Positions 9,010 to 17,727 of a DNA stretch of 64,000 nt are shown here, in pieces (within the stretch, counting starts at the first letter, position 1; each line of letters opens with the position of its first letter). This DNA is from a virus: the IMG/VR virus record IMGVR_UViG_3300022602_000028, one strand, 5' to 3'. Below the pieces are notes generated by a model, which saw only the letters and a program-made list of their open reading frames with translations, ran no database searches and had not been told where the DNA came from. Both the position numbers and the translations under genes were made by a program.

Positions 9010-9173
9010 AAGAACTAACTGTACAAGAAATTAAGGACAAAATTGTCCAAGCTACACAAGATATCGCCAGAATGAGATCCGATGGCGTAACTAAACAAGC
9101 TGAAGTGTTAGATTCATATTTAGAATATTTGCAAGATCAGCTTAAAGAAGCAGAACAAAATGGAAACAGTTAA
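9006..9173 (+). CDS. hypothetical 55-aa helical protein
   Basis: Not in track. Hand translation MKELTVQEIKDKIVQATQDIARMRSDGVTKQAEVLDSYLEYLQDQLKEAEQNGNS; ATGA overlap; fills the gap exactly. Confidence 0.65.
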   Translation: MKELTVQEIKDKIVQATQDIARMRSDGVTKQAEVLDSYLEYLQDQLKEAEQNGNS

Positions 9174-9372
9174 TTCAGTTTATGAGATCCGCATAGATTG
9201 GAATAATCAAAGAAATAGCTGGTGGAATGAAGTGTGTGCAGATATTATGGAAGTTTTTGGTCTGCCTGGTTTAAAATATACAAGTCATCCATATGAAACT
9301 TGTATGCTATTTCGTTTTAAATCAAAAAAGGATTATCATTTATGCAAGATTCTACTATCAGACAAAATTTAG
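9160..9372 (+). CDS. hypothetical protein
   Basis: 70-aa ORF overlapping neighbours. Confidence 0.6.
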   Translation: METVNSVYEIRIDWNNQRNSWWNEVCADIMEVFGLPGLKYTSHPYETCMLFRFKSKKDYHLCKILLSDKI

Positions 9373-9545
9373 ACGCCGTAGTAGCACTGATATTTGCAGT
9401 ATGTGCCGTTGCATTTGCTATATGGTGGAACTTGGATCATCCGCATATAACTGTAAAATATGATTGTTCAATAGCTGAGATAAGTCCAGACTATCCTATA
9501 CAAGTTAAAGAAGCTTGTAGAAAACTTCGAGCACAAAATAATTGA
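9342..9545 (+). CDS. small membrane-anchored protein
   Basis: One TM segment followed by YDC...EAC Cys pair. Confidence 0.55.
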   Translation: MQDSTIRQNLDAVVALIFAVCAVAFAIWWNLDHPHITVKYDCSIAEISPDYPIQVKEACRKLRAQNN

Positions 9546-9571
9546 CAACGACCTAAATAAACCTATATAAT
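9542..9571 (+). promoter_or_regulatory. sigma70-type promoter upstream of folE
   Basis: TTGACA (9542-9547), 18-nt spacer, TATAAT (9566-9571); AAGGA SD follows. Confidence 0.65.
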
Positions 9572-9588
9572 AGTACAAAGGAATACTT

Positions 9589-10347
9589 ATGACAGAATCA
9601 CAAACATATAAATTTGAGACAGGGTTAGATGCTATGGCAGGCGACGGCGGTTACGAAGAAGCATATCTAGGAGATCATCTTCGATTTAAAATGAAACGAG
9701 AAGGCAAACGCTTTTGGGCTGGCGATAACATCAGCGAATATGTTACAGAAGAATTTAAAGAAAAACTAATCGACGAAGCAACAGAAGCATTTGAAACCGT
9801 GCTAGATAGATTGCTTATTGATCGTGAAAACGATCCTAATAGCAAAGGCACAGCTCGTCGCCTTGCTAAGATGTATTTTAATGAAGTAATGAGTGGCAGA
9901 TATGACCCAGCACCAGACGCAACAGCATTTCCAAACGATGGCGAAGACAGATACGAAGGTATGTTGGTGGTACGCAGTGAGCTCCGCTCTATGTGCAGTC
10001 ATCATCATCAGCCCGTTACTGGTGTCGCTTACATTGGCATCATTGCCGCACAAAAACTTATTGGTTTGTCTAAGTATACTCGTATTGCTCAGTGGTGTGC
10101 TCGTCGCGGGACTCTCCAGGAAGAGTTGTGTAACGATATTGCTAGGGAAATCCAAAAAGCAACAGAAGCAAGAGATTTAGGTGTGTATATTCAAATGACA
10201 CACGGATGCTGTGAGAATCGTGGTATTATGGCCAAGAGTAGTTTGACACAAACTACAGTACTCAAAGGTGCGTTCAAAGACGACCACGGTACAAAGAAAG
10301 AATTCTTTGATAATATTAAAATGCAACAGGAATACGCTTCCAAATGA
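9589..10347 (+). CDS. folE: GTP cyclohydrolase I
   Basis: TARRLAKMY, SMCSHHH (Zn Cys/His), IGLSK, RRGTLQEEL, HGCCENRG, T.T..L.G.F. Confidence 0.92.
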   Translation: MTESQTYKFETGLDAMAGDGGYEEAYLGDHLRFKMKREGKRFWAGDNISEYVTEEFKEKLIDEATEAFETVLDRLLIDRENDPNSKGTARRLAKMYFNEVMSGRYDPAPDATAFPNDGEDRYEGMLVVRSELRSMCSHHHQPVTGVAYIGIIAAQKLIGLSKYTRIAQWCARRGTLQEELCNDIAREIQKATEARDLGVYIQMTHGCCENRGIMAKSSLTQTTVLKGAFKDDHGTKKEFFDNIKMQQEYASK

Positions 10348-10691
10348 TATACCACACGCCGGCTGAAGGTATTATGCAATCTCATGATTGGGGTAAGAGT
10401 AAAGTCTACCGAGTTGCTTGCGAATGCGGTGCTTCGGAGCATGATCATCATGTATGGGTAGAAGCCGACGACCGAGGCGAAGTCAGTGTTACTGTTTATA
10501 CAACTGTACGAAGCAATTGGTGGAGCAAGGATCGGTGGCATGCTATTTGGTCATTGTTAACAAAAGGCTACGTCGACACAGAGTCTACTCTAATTATGAA
10601 TAAACAACAAGCATTTAACTATGCTCATACATTATCGAGTGCCGTCGAAGATGTAGAACAATTCAAAGAGGAACAGAATGCAGAACGCTAA
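10344..10691 (+). CDS. hypothetical protein with CECxxxxH putative metal site
   Basis: VACECGASEHDH; ATGA overlap with folE. Confidence 0.6.
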   Translation: MIYHTPAEGIMQSHDWGKSKVYRVACECGASEHDHHVWVEADDRGEVSVTVYTTVRSNWWSKDRWHAIWSLLTKGYVDTESTLIMNKQQAFNYAHTLSSAVEDVEQFKEEQNAER

Positions 10692-10908
10692 ACAAATAAC
10701 TGATGAATTAATTTACCGTATGAAAAATACAGAAATGCAATGGTTTGAAATTAAAAGAGAAGTAGAACCAAACTGGTTGCCAAACGGTACTGTTCCGTTT
10801 GATGTAAAGGCAAGTAAAGGTGTTGCTACATTTAGTGTTTATGCATCTTCATTGCAGGATGCAGAAGATCAAGTAAGTAGATATTTAGAGAAAGATGAAG
10901 ATGAGTAA
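10678..10908 (+). CDS. hypothetical protein
   Basis: 76-aa ORF with GAGGA SD. Confidence 0.6.
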   Translation: MQNAKQITDELIYRMKNTEMQWFEIKREVEPNWLPNGTVPFDVKASKGVATFSVYASSLQDAEDQVSRYLEKDEDE

Positions 10909-11752
10909 AATTAAAATTGCAGAATTATTTTATAGTGTACAAGGCGAAGGACGTTACATGGGTGTACCGTCTGTTTTCTTACGTACATTTGGTTGTAACT
11001 TTAAGTGTGCAGGCTTTGGCATGCCTCGAGGCGAACTAAGCACAGAAGCAGAAGATATTGCTAGTGTTGTACATTTATATAACAAATATGAAGATTTGCC
11101 ACTAGTATCAACCGGTTGTGATAGCTATGCTAGTTGGCATCCTAGCTTTAAAGACCTTAGTCCAATGCTTACTACAGATGCTATAGCAGATCGTATTACA
11201 GAAATTATTCCATATAACGAATGGCAAGACGAGCATCTAGTTATTACAGGCGGAGAACCGTTGTTAGGATGGCAACGTGCTTATCCTGATTTGTTGGATC
11301 ATCCTAAGATGTCCGGTTTAAAAGAAATTACGTTCGAAACAAATGGTACTCAACAATTAACTACAGAATTTAAACATTATTTGAGTGTATGGAAAGGTTT
11401 ACCTCGTCAACAGAGAGAAATTACATTCAGTGTAAGTGCAAAATTACCGGCAAGTGGTGAATCTTGGGAAGATGCAATTAAACCCGAAATAGTATGTGAA
11501 TACGAACAAGTTGGTACAGCATATCTTAAATTTGTTGTTGCTACAGAACAAGATATCGAGGATGCAGAACGTGCAGTAGATGCGTTTAAATCGGCAGGAT
11601 TCAAAGGACACATTTATCTAATGCCAGTAGGCGGTGTAGAAAGTGTGTATACATTAAATGCTAAAAATGTAGCATTAGCGGCTATGAAACGTGGGTGGCG
11701 TTACAGTGACCGTTTACAAGTTCCACTCTTTAAAAACGAATGGGGTACCTAA
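10895..11752 (+). CDS. queE: 7-carboxy-7-deazaguanine synthase (radical SAM)
   Basis: ELFYSVQGEG, SVFLRTFGCNFKC...GCDS, VITGGEPLL, FETNGT, SVSAK, YLMP, SDRLQV. Confidence 0.88.
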   Translation: MKMSKIKIAELFYSVQGEGRYMGVPSVFLRTFGCNFKCAGFGMPRGELSTEAEDIASVVHLYNKYEDLPLVSTGCDSYASWHPSFKDLSPMLTTDAIADRITEIIPYNEWQDEHLVITGGEPLLGWQRAYPDLLDHPKMSGLKEITFETNGTQQLTTEFKHYLSVWKGLPRQQREITFSVSAKLPASGESWEDAIKPEIVCEYEQVGTAYLKFVVATEQDIEDAERAVDAFKSAGFKGHIYLMPVGGVESVYTLNAKNVALAAMKRGWRYSDRLQVPLFKNEWGT

Positions 11753-11889
11753 TGTTTGAAATGATTATAGCACTACTATTGGTAACAATATTTGCAGTAT
11801 GTGTTATTGCGTTTACTAAAGGTTCTAAATCTCTTTGTACAGGAAACTGCTATCAAGGAAGACGTTGCGATTGCAAGGATGAAAAATGA
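11752..11889 (+). CDS. 45-aa membrane micro-protein with Cys-rich tail
   Basis: Not in track. MFEMIIALLLVTIFAVCVIAFTKGSKSLCTGNCYQGRRCDCKDEK; TAATG and ATGA coupling on both sides. Confidence 0.65.
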   Translation: MFEMIIALLLVTIFAVCVIAFTKGSKSLCTGNCYQGRRCDCKDEK

Positions 11890-12317
11890 AAAATTTAATT
11901 AAAAAATGGTTTGGTATCGATAAGTTAGAAGAAAACTTAAAGATGCTTAAAGAAATGGAAGCAAAGGCTATAGCCTCAACTGCTGAAGCACAGGTTGCCG
12001 AACAAGAAGCAAAAATGACTCCAAAAGAACGTGCTACTGAAAGAGGAGAAGCATGGGTAGGAGTTTTGGATACTAAAATTAATCCAGAAAATGTGCGGAA
12101 TGGCTTCTTTGAGCTTGACTGGAATAATGAATTTATAGTACAATTGAAACAAGCTGGTTATGGATTCGATGGCGATCCTGACGAATATATTGTTGATCGT
12201 TGGTTTCGTGATTTAGCCGGAAACATGCTAGCAGAGGCAGGACAAGATCCTACAAGATCTAGTGCTGGTTTTATCAATGTAAATAAACTCGGTAACGGGA
12301 AAGCATCAGTCGAATGA
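11886..12317 (+). CDS. hypothetical protein
   Basis: 143-aa ORF, operon-coupled. Confidence 0.7.
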   Translation: MKNLIKKWFGIDKLEENLKMLKEMEAKAIASTAEAQVAEQEAKMTPKERATERGEAWVGVLDTKINPENVRNGFFELDWNNEFIVQLKQAGYGFDGDPDEYIVDRWFRDLAGNMLAEAGQDPTRSSAGFINVNKLGNGKASVE

Positions 12318-13300
12318 CACACATTATAGTCGATACAGCTAACACATTTTTTCGTGCTAGACACGTAGTTCAAGGCTCTGCTGATATCAAACTTGGCATG
12401 GCATTTCATATCACGCTTAATAGTATTAAAAAGGCATGGCATGATTTTGGTGGCACTCATGTAGTATTCTGTCTTGAAGGTAGGTCGTGGCGCAAGGACT
12501 ATTATAAGCCTTACAAAGCAAACAGGCAAGAAACTCGTGCGGCTATGACTGTCAAAGAGCAAGAGGAAGACAAGCTATTCTGGGAAGCGTTTGACGAATT
12601 TAAAAATTTTATTACAGAAAAAACTAATGCTACAGTAATGCAACATCCTAACTTAGAAGCGGATGATTTGATTGCAGGCTGGATACAAACACATCCAGAT
12701 ACCAAGCATGTCATTATTTCAACAGATGGAGATTTTGCACAGTTAGTAAGTCCAACTGTTAGCCAATATAATGGTGTAGGCGATTTACATATTACACACG
12801 AAGGTATCTTTGATGCAAAAGGTAAACCCGTTAAAGACAAAAAAACAGGCGAACCAAAGCCGGCGCAAGATCCAGAGTGGATGCTATTCGAGAAATGTAT
12901 GCGTGGTGATACCAGTGATAATGTCTTCTCGGCGTATCCAGGTGTGCGTACTAAAGGTTCTAAAAACAAAGTTGGTCTTACTGAAGCGTTCGAAGATCGT
13001 AAAGCCAAAGGATTTGCGTGGAACAATCTCATGCTTCAGAGATGGGTTGACCACAATGGTTTAGAACATCGTGTCTTAGAAGATTATCAACGTAATGTAC
13101 AGTTATGTGATTTGACTGCACAACCTGATGATATTAAGGTTAAAATTAAAGAAACAATTACAGCTAACGCAGTACCTAAAGCAGTAGATCAAGTGGGTAT
13201 TCGTATGCTAAAATTCTGTAATGCATGGGATATGAAAAAGATTGCAGAAAATATACAATCTTATGCAGAACCATTTCAAGCAAAATATAAGGAAGAATAA
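12314..13300 (+). CDS. rnh: T4 RNase H-like 5'-3' exonuclease (FEN family)
   Basis: IIVDT, CLEGRSWRK..Y..YKANR, LEADDLIA, IISTDGDFAQL, GDTSDNV..A.PG. Confidence 0.88.
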   Translation: MTHIIVDTANTFFRARHVVQGSADIKLGMAFHITLNSIKKAWHDFGGTHVVFCLEGRSWRKDYYKPYKANRQETRAAMTVKEQEEDKLFWEAFDEFKNFITEKTNATVMQHPNLEADDLIAGWIQTHPDTKHVIISTDGDFAQLVSPTVSQYNGVGDLHITHEGIFDAKGKPVKDKKTGEPKPAQDPEWMLFEKCMRGDTSDNVFSAYPGVRTKGSKNKVGLTEAFEDRKAKGFAWNNLMLQRWVDHNGLEHRVLEDYQRNVQLCDLTAQPDDIKVKIKETITANAVPKAVDQVGIRMLKFCNAWDMKKIAENIQSYAEPFQAKYKEE

Positions 13301-13779
13301 TGACAGACATACACGCAAAACCTATTGTAGATGGAAAATTTTGGATTGTAGAACAAGCTGGAACTAAAATTGCTACCTTACATAAAAAAGAAAACAACAA
13401 ATTTGTTTTAAGTAGTACTCAAGGCGAAGTAATGTTTAATAAGAAACAAGACTTAACTAAACAATTTGGTGATGGTTTCTTTTTAAATAATACTAAAGTA
13501 AAAGTTACACAACCTGAAGAACATGAATGTCATGGATATCCGACATTATGTGTTCCTTATAACAGTATGTATGATGTTAGACGTAAACTCCCGTTATTCA
13601 CTAAGAGTTTGCAAAGTAAAAGTTTATATTGTGCAGGATATTATATTATTAAATTTAACAAGGGCTGGGTTAAGAGTTTCTGTCCTAAAGCAATTACTAT
13701 TGAAAGATATCCATATCAAGGACCATTTATGGATAAACTAGAAATGAAAACGGTATTGGCAAATGCAAAATCCAATTAA
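13300..13779 (+). CDS. hypothetical protein
   Basis: 159-aa ORF with AAGGAAG SD. Confidence 0.7.
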   Translation: MTDIHAKPIVDGKFWIVEQAGTKIATLHKKENNKFVLSSTQGEVMFNKKQDLTKQFGDGFFLNNTKVKVTQPEEHECHGYPTLCVPYNSMYDVRRKLPLFTKSLQSKSLYCAGYYIIKFNKGWVKSFCPKAITIERYPYQGPFMDKLEMKTVLANAKSN

Positions 13780-14011
13780 TACTACACCAATTAGTCAGTT
13801 AATTCAACTGATAAAAGCCGCCGAATTAAGTCAAAGCAAAGAAGTTAAAATTACTATTCAACAAGCAAGAATGTTAAATTTGGCTCTTACTGAAATTTTA
13901 ATTAAAATGAATCAAGACTATGAAAGTATGTATAACGCATTAAAGGCTAGTGTAAGCTCTGAAGTTGTTACAGTACAATTAGACGGTGGTGACTTCGGTA
14001 ACACAGAATAA
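13763..14011 (+). CDS. hypothetical protein
   Basis: 82-aa helical ORF. Confidence 0.65.
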   Translation: MQNPINTTPISQLIQLIKAAELSQSKEVKITIQQARMLNLALTEILIKMNQDYESMYNALKASVSSEVVTVQLDGGDFGNTE

Positions 14012-14013
14012 AA

Positions 14014-14047
14014 GATAAATATATGCGTATATTACCAGGACGCATAT
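14014..14047 (+). promoter_or_regulatory. putative late promoter (GATAAATA) followed by an RBS-masking hairpin
   Basis: ATAAATA at 14015-14021; ATATGCGT (14021-14028) pairs with ACGCATAT (14040-14047); AGGA SD at 14037-14040. Confidence 0.5.
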
Positions 14048-14048
14048 T

Positions 14049-14333
14049 ATGTCAAGACCTAAGCCAAAAGTTTTATTAGAATACACAAACAAGAAAACTT
14101 ATAAATCTGAACAGATTTTAGAAGCAGAAGCCATTTGGGCTGTATTTTATAAAAATGAACCGTTTAATCTTAAAAGTTTTAATAGTCTAGTCAATTATCC
14201 TGGTCCTAAGTATAAAAAAGTATCTTTTAGTAACCCAGGCCACGCACGTAATTTAGCCAAAAAATTAAACTTAACATTTGGCTGTGAAGATTTTCAAGTA
14301 GTTATGCTGACTACTGGCACTATAGTAAAATGA
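14049..14333 (+). CDS. hypothetical protein
   Basis: 94-aa basic ORF (MSRPKPKVLL...). Confidence 0.75.
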   Translation: MSRPKPKVLLEYTNKKTYKSEQILEAEAIWAVFYKNEPFNLKSFNSLVNYPGPKYKKVSFSNPGHARNLAKKLNLTFGCEDFQVVMLTTGTIVK

Positions 14334-14737
14334 TTAATCGAAATGCATTAACCAAAATATTTCTGGAGCAATGGGGTAAAAGCACAGACGAGGCTAATGT
14401 AAAATTATTTGGTCGTAAATGGTGGCAAAGTAATCGAGTTGGTAAAGAAAATGCATTTCGATTAACTGAAGAAGGTTACGAATTTTTGGTAAGAGATTTG
14501 GAATTAAAAGAATACGAAATTCCGTTTACAGAACCAATTGAACTAAGTCCTCAAACAATCGTATTTTTGGAAAGATACATCGATTGTCCGTATTATCTTA
14601 CACCAATGTCAATTACTGTGTTCGCTGAAAAGAAAGGATTTGAACTGATGTTGTTTTCCGACGACATCAGAAAATTTGGCTTAATTAAAGCCATGAATGA
14701 GCGAGAAAAAGAACTAGCTAGCCAAAATAATAGTTGA
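14330..14737 (+). CDS. hypothetical protein
   Basis: 135-aa ORF, ATGA overlap. Confidence 0.7.
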   Translation: MINRNALTKIFLEQWGKSTDEANVKLFGRKWWQSNRVGKENAFRLTEEGYEFLVRDLELKEYEIPFTEPIELSPQTIVFLERYIDCPYYLTPMSITVFAEKKGFELMLFSDDIRKFGLIKAMNEREKELASQNNS

Positions 14738-14762
14738 CTTAGTTACGGTACTATTGTATAAT
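14734..14762 (+). promoter_or_regulatory. sigma70-type promoter upstream of the AAA+ ATPase
   Basis: TTGACT, 17-nt spacer, TATAAT. Confidence 0.7.
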
Positions 14763-14818
14763 AGATACATAGAGCGTTAATTCAACAACACTTTTTTTAA
14801 ACTAAGATAGGAAAAGAA

Positions 14819-15910
14819 ATGGCATCAGATCTAGCTACTCGCACCGTTGGCCCCCAAGGTGCAAAAAAATCTCTGCGTAAAGCATTTAAAAACAAGCGTC
14901 CAATTTTCCTATGGGGTCCTCCCGGAATTGGCAAATCCGATATTATTAAACAGCTCGGTACTGAGCTCGATGCTCATGTTATCGATGTTCGGTTGAGCCT
15001 TTGGGAACCTACTGATATTAAAGGTATTCCATATTTTGACTCTAACGATAACACTATGCGTTGGGCACCTCCTAGCGAATTGCCAACACAAGAAATGGCA
15101 AGTAAGCACAAGAACATTATTTTGTTCTTGGATGAAATGAACAGTGCGGCACCTAGTGTACAAGCGGCGGCTTATCAATTAGTTTTGAATCGTCGTGTAG
15201 GTACCTATCACTTGCCAGACAATGTTATGTTGGTTGCGGCAGGTAATCGTGAAACTGACAAAGGTGTAACATTCCGTATGCCGGCTCCGTTGGCTAATCG
15301 TTTTGTTCACTTGGAAATGACTGTAGATTGGGATGACTACTTTGATTGGGCTGTTGACAACAAGATTCATCAAGATGTTGTGGGCTTTTTGACTTTCTCT
15401 AAGAAAGATTTGTATGATTTCGATCCTAAGTCTAGTTCGCGTGCCTTTGCTACTCCACGTAGCTGGAGTTTTGTAAGCGAATTACTTACAGACGATGACT
15501 GCGATAACGACACACTAACAGACTTAGTGTCCGGTTCAGTCGGTGAAGGTTTGGCTGTTAAGTTTATGGCGCACCGCAAACATGCTAGCAAAATGCCTAA
15601 TCCTACAGACATTTTGAGTGGCAAAGTTAAGAAAATGGATTCAAAAGAGATTTCAGCAATGTACTCTTTGACTGTATCTTTGTGCTATGAATTGAAAGAT
15701 TCTTGCGAGAAGAAAGCTAAAAACTGGAACGATCAAGTCAATAACTTCTTCCAATTTATTATGGATAATTTTGAAACAGAATTGGTTATTATGGGTACTA
15801 AACTAGCATTGTCAACTTACAAGTTGCCGTTAGATCCAGACGAAATCAAATGTTTTGATGATTTCCATGCCAAATTTGGAAAGTACATTAGCCAAGCTAC
15901 AGAAAAATAA
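14819..15910 (+). CDS. MoxR-like AAA+ ATPase
   Basis: Walker A GPPGIGKS, Walker B LFLDEMN, AAGN sensor, PLANRF arginine finger, TPRSW. Confidence 0.85.
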   Translation: MASDLATRTVGPQGAKKSLRKAFKNKRPIFLWGPPGIGKSDIIKQLGTELDAHVIDVRLSLWEPTDIKGIPYFDSNDNTMRWAPPSELPTQEMASKHKNIILFLDEMNSAAPSVQAAAYQLVLNRRVGTYHLPDNVMLVAAGNRETDKGVTFRMPAPLANRFVHLEMTVDWDDYFDWAVDNKIHQDVVGFLTFSKKDLYDFDPKSSSRAFATPRSWSFVSELLTDDDCDNDTLTDLVSGSVGEGLAVKFMAHRKHASKMPNPTDILSGKVKKMDSKEISAMYSLTVSLCYELKDSCEKKAKNWNDQVNNFFQFIMDNFETELVIMGTKLALSTYKLPLDPDEIKCFDDFHAKFGKYISQATEK

Positions 15911-15926
15911 TTTGGTTTAGCACTAT

Positions 15927-15955
15927 TTGACACCTCCTTCGGGAGGTGTTATACT
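15927..15955 (+). promoter_or_regulatory. sigma70-type promoter whose spacer is a perfect UUCG hairpin (possible terminator-promoter overlap)
   Basis: TTGACA (15927-15932), 17 nt, TATACT (15950-15955); stem ACACCTCC-TTCG-GGAGGTGT at 15930-15949. Confidence 0.6.
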
Positions 15956-15984
15956 ATATACATAGTAACAATTCAGGAGCATAA

Positions 15985-17169
15985 ATGTCACACGCAGATC
16001 CAGTTATAGACAAAATTATTGTAGCCCGTGTGGGTCTACTACTTCGTCATCCGTTTTTTGGTAATATGGCTACACGCTTAAAAATACAAGAAGCTAGCGA
16101 TTGGTTACCTACTGCGGCTACAGACGGCCGTACTATTTTCTTTAACCGTAAATTTTTCGATCCACTAACAGTTAAACAAGTCGAGTTTGTTATTGCACAT
16201 GAAATTCTGCATAATGTATTCGATCATATGGGTCGGCGAGAAGGACGTAATCCGCGCATTTTTAACATTGCCGCTGATTATTGTGTAAACGGACAATTAG
16301 TCCGTGACCGTATCGGCGATCATCAAATTCCTGATATTAAAATTTTCCATGATCCTAAATATTATGGCATGGGCGCAGAAGAAGTCTACGACAAAATTTT
16401 TGATGAAATGGACGAAGATGAACTCAATGCACTTGGACAATTATTGGACGAGCACATTGACTGGGGAGAAGATGGCAAAAATGGTCAGCCAAAGTACACT
16501 AAAGAAGAATTAAAACAGATTCGTGACGAGATTCGTGAAGCTACAATTCAAGCCGCAAATGCCGCAGGTGCTGGTAACACTCCTGCTAGTGTACAACGCA
16601 TGATTAAAGAATTTACAGAGCCTAAAATGAATTGGCGTGAAATTTTACGTCAACAAATCCAAAGCACTATTAAAAACGATTATTCATTCATGCGTCCTAA
16701 TCGTAAGGGTTGGCATATGAACGCAATTCTACCAGGCACTCAATTTCAAGAAACAATTGATATCTGTGTAGCTATTGACATGTCAGGTTCTATTGGTGAT
16801 GAACAAGCCAAAGACTTCTTAAGTGAAATTAAGGGCATTATGCAAGAATATCAAGACTTTAAAATTAAAGTTTGGTGTTTTGATACTCGAGTGTATAACG
16901 AAGCAGACTTTGACGGTTACAATATTGATGAGTTTGATAGCTATGAACCAATGGGCGGTGGTGGAACTGATTTTGATGCTAACTGGGAATACATGAAAGA
17001 AAATGATATTCAGCCTAAGAAGTTTATCATGTTCACCGACGGATATCCGTTTGGTTCATGGGGTGATGAATTATATTGCGATACAGTATTCATCATACAC
17101 GGCAATGATAAGATTGTTCCTCCATTCGGGGAATTTGCTTATTACGAACAAGTTAAAGAAGTAGCATGA
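15985..17169 (+). CDS. DUF2201-type metallopeptidase-like domain fused to a vWA domain
   Basis: TAATDG, AHEILH (HExxH), FNIAADYCVN; MIDAS IDMSGS, GGGGTDF, FTDG. Confidence 0.85.
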   Translation: MSHADPVIDKIIVARVGLLLRHPFFGNMATRLKIQEASDWLPTAATDGRTIFFNRKFFDPLTVKQVEFVIAHEILHNVFDHMGRREGRNPRIFNIAADYCVNGQLVRDRIGDHQIPDIKIFHDPKYYGMGAEEVYDKIFDEMDEDELNALGQLLDEHIDWGEDGKNGQPKYTKEELKQIRDEIREATIQAANAAGAGNTPASVQRMIKEFTEPKMNWREILRQQIQSTIKNDYSFMRPNRKGWHMNAILPGTQFQETIDICVAIDMSGSIGDEQAKDFLSEIKGIMQEYQDFKIKVWCFDTRVYNEADFDGYNIDEFDSYEPMGGGGTDFDANWEYMKENDIQPKKFIMFTDGYPFGSWGDELYCDTVFIIHGNDKIVPPFGEFAYYEQVKEVA

Positions 17170-17444
17170 CATTAAAAGCGGGCAAAGCTAATCCTTTAAA
17201 TTACTTTAATTTACGGAGGGTTGACTTTGCCTGCCCTCATTTTAAGTATACAACTATAAACAAATATAATCCTACTCTAATCAAATCTTTAGATGCTTGG
17301 ATTAGCAAAAACTTAAATAATCGGTATTACATAGGACAAGGCATAGGTTTAGATAATTCCAATACTATTGTGTATAATACACGTATTGGTTTTGAATCAG
17401 AAAAAGAGTTAAGTTTTTTCACGATTGCTTGTCCTATTTTGTAA
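17166..17444 (+). CDS. hypothetical protein
   Basis: 92-aa ORF, ATGA overlap. Confidence 0.65.
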   Translation: MTLKAGKANPLNYFNLRRVDFACPHFKYTTINKYNPTLIKSLDAWISKNLNNRYYIGQGIGLDNSNTIVYNTRIGFESEKELSFFTIACPIL

Positions 17445-17483
17445 ACAAGATAATTATATTAGTACTTTTCAAAGGAGATACAT

Positions 17484-17723
17484 ATGACTGATACTGTACA
17501 AGAACCAACACAAGAACAACCAGCTAATACTGCACAACAAGATCAAAATAACGATTTAACAATTAACGATTTGGCTGCAATGAAAAACATTATTGATATT
17601 GCTAGCACACGCGGTGCATTTAAACCAAATGAAATGGTAGCAGTTGGTACGATTTATAACAAACTATCTGCTTTTTTAGATCAGGTTCAAAAACAAGCTG
17701 AAGCACAAAAAGCTCAAGGATAA
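17484..17723 (+). CDS. hypothetical protein
   Basis: 79 aa; AAGGAG SD; GATAATTA late-like motif upstream. Confidence 0.7.
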   Translation: MTDTVQEPTQEQPANTAQQDQNNDLTINDLAAMKNIIDIASTRGAFKPNEMVAVGTIYNKLSAFLDQVQKQAEAQKAQG

Positions 17724-17727
17724 TATT

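Noticed and set aside
14770-14800. Intrinsic terminator before the AAA+ gene (T-run)
   Set aside because: The T-tract lacks a convincing GC stem and lies just downstream of a promoter.
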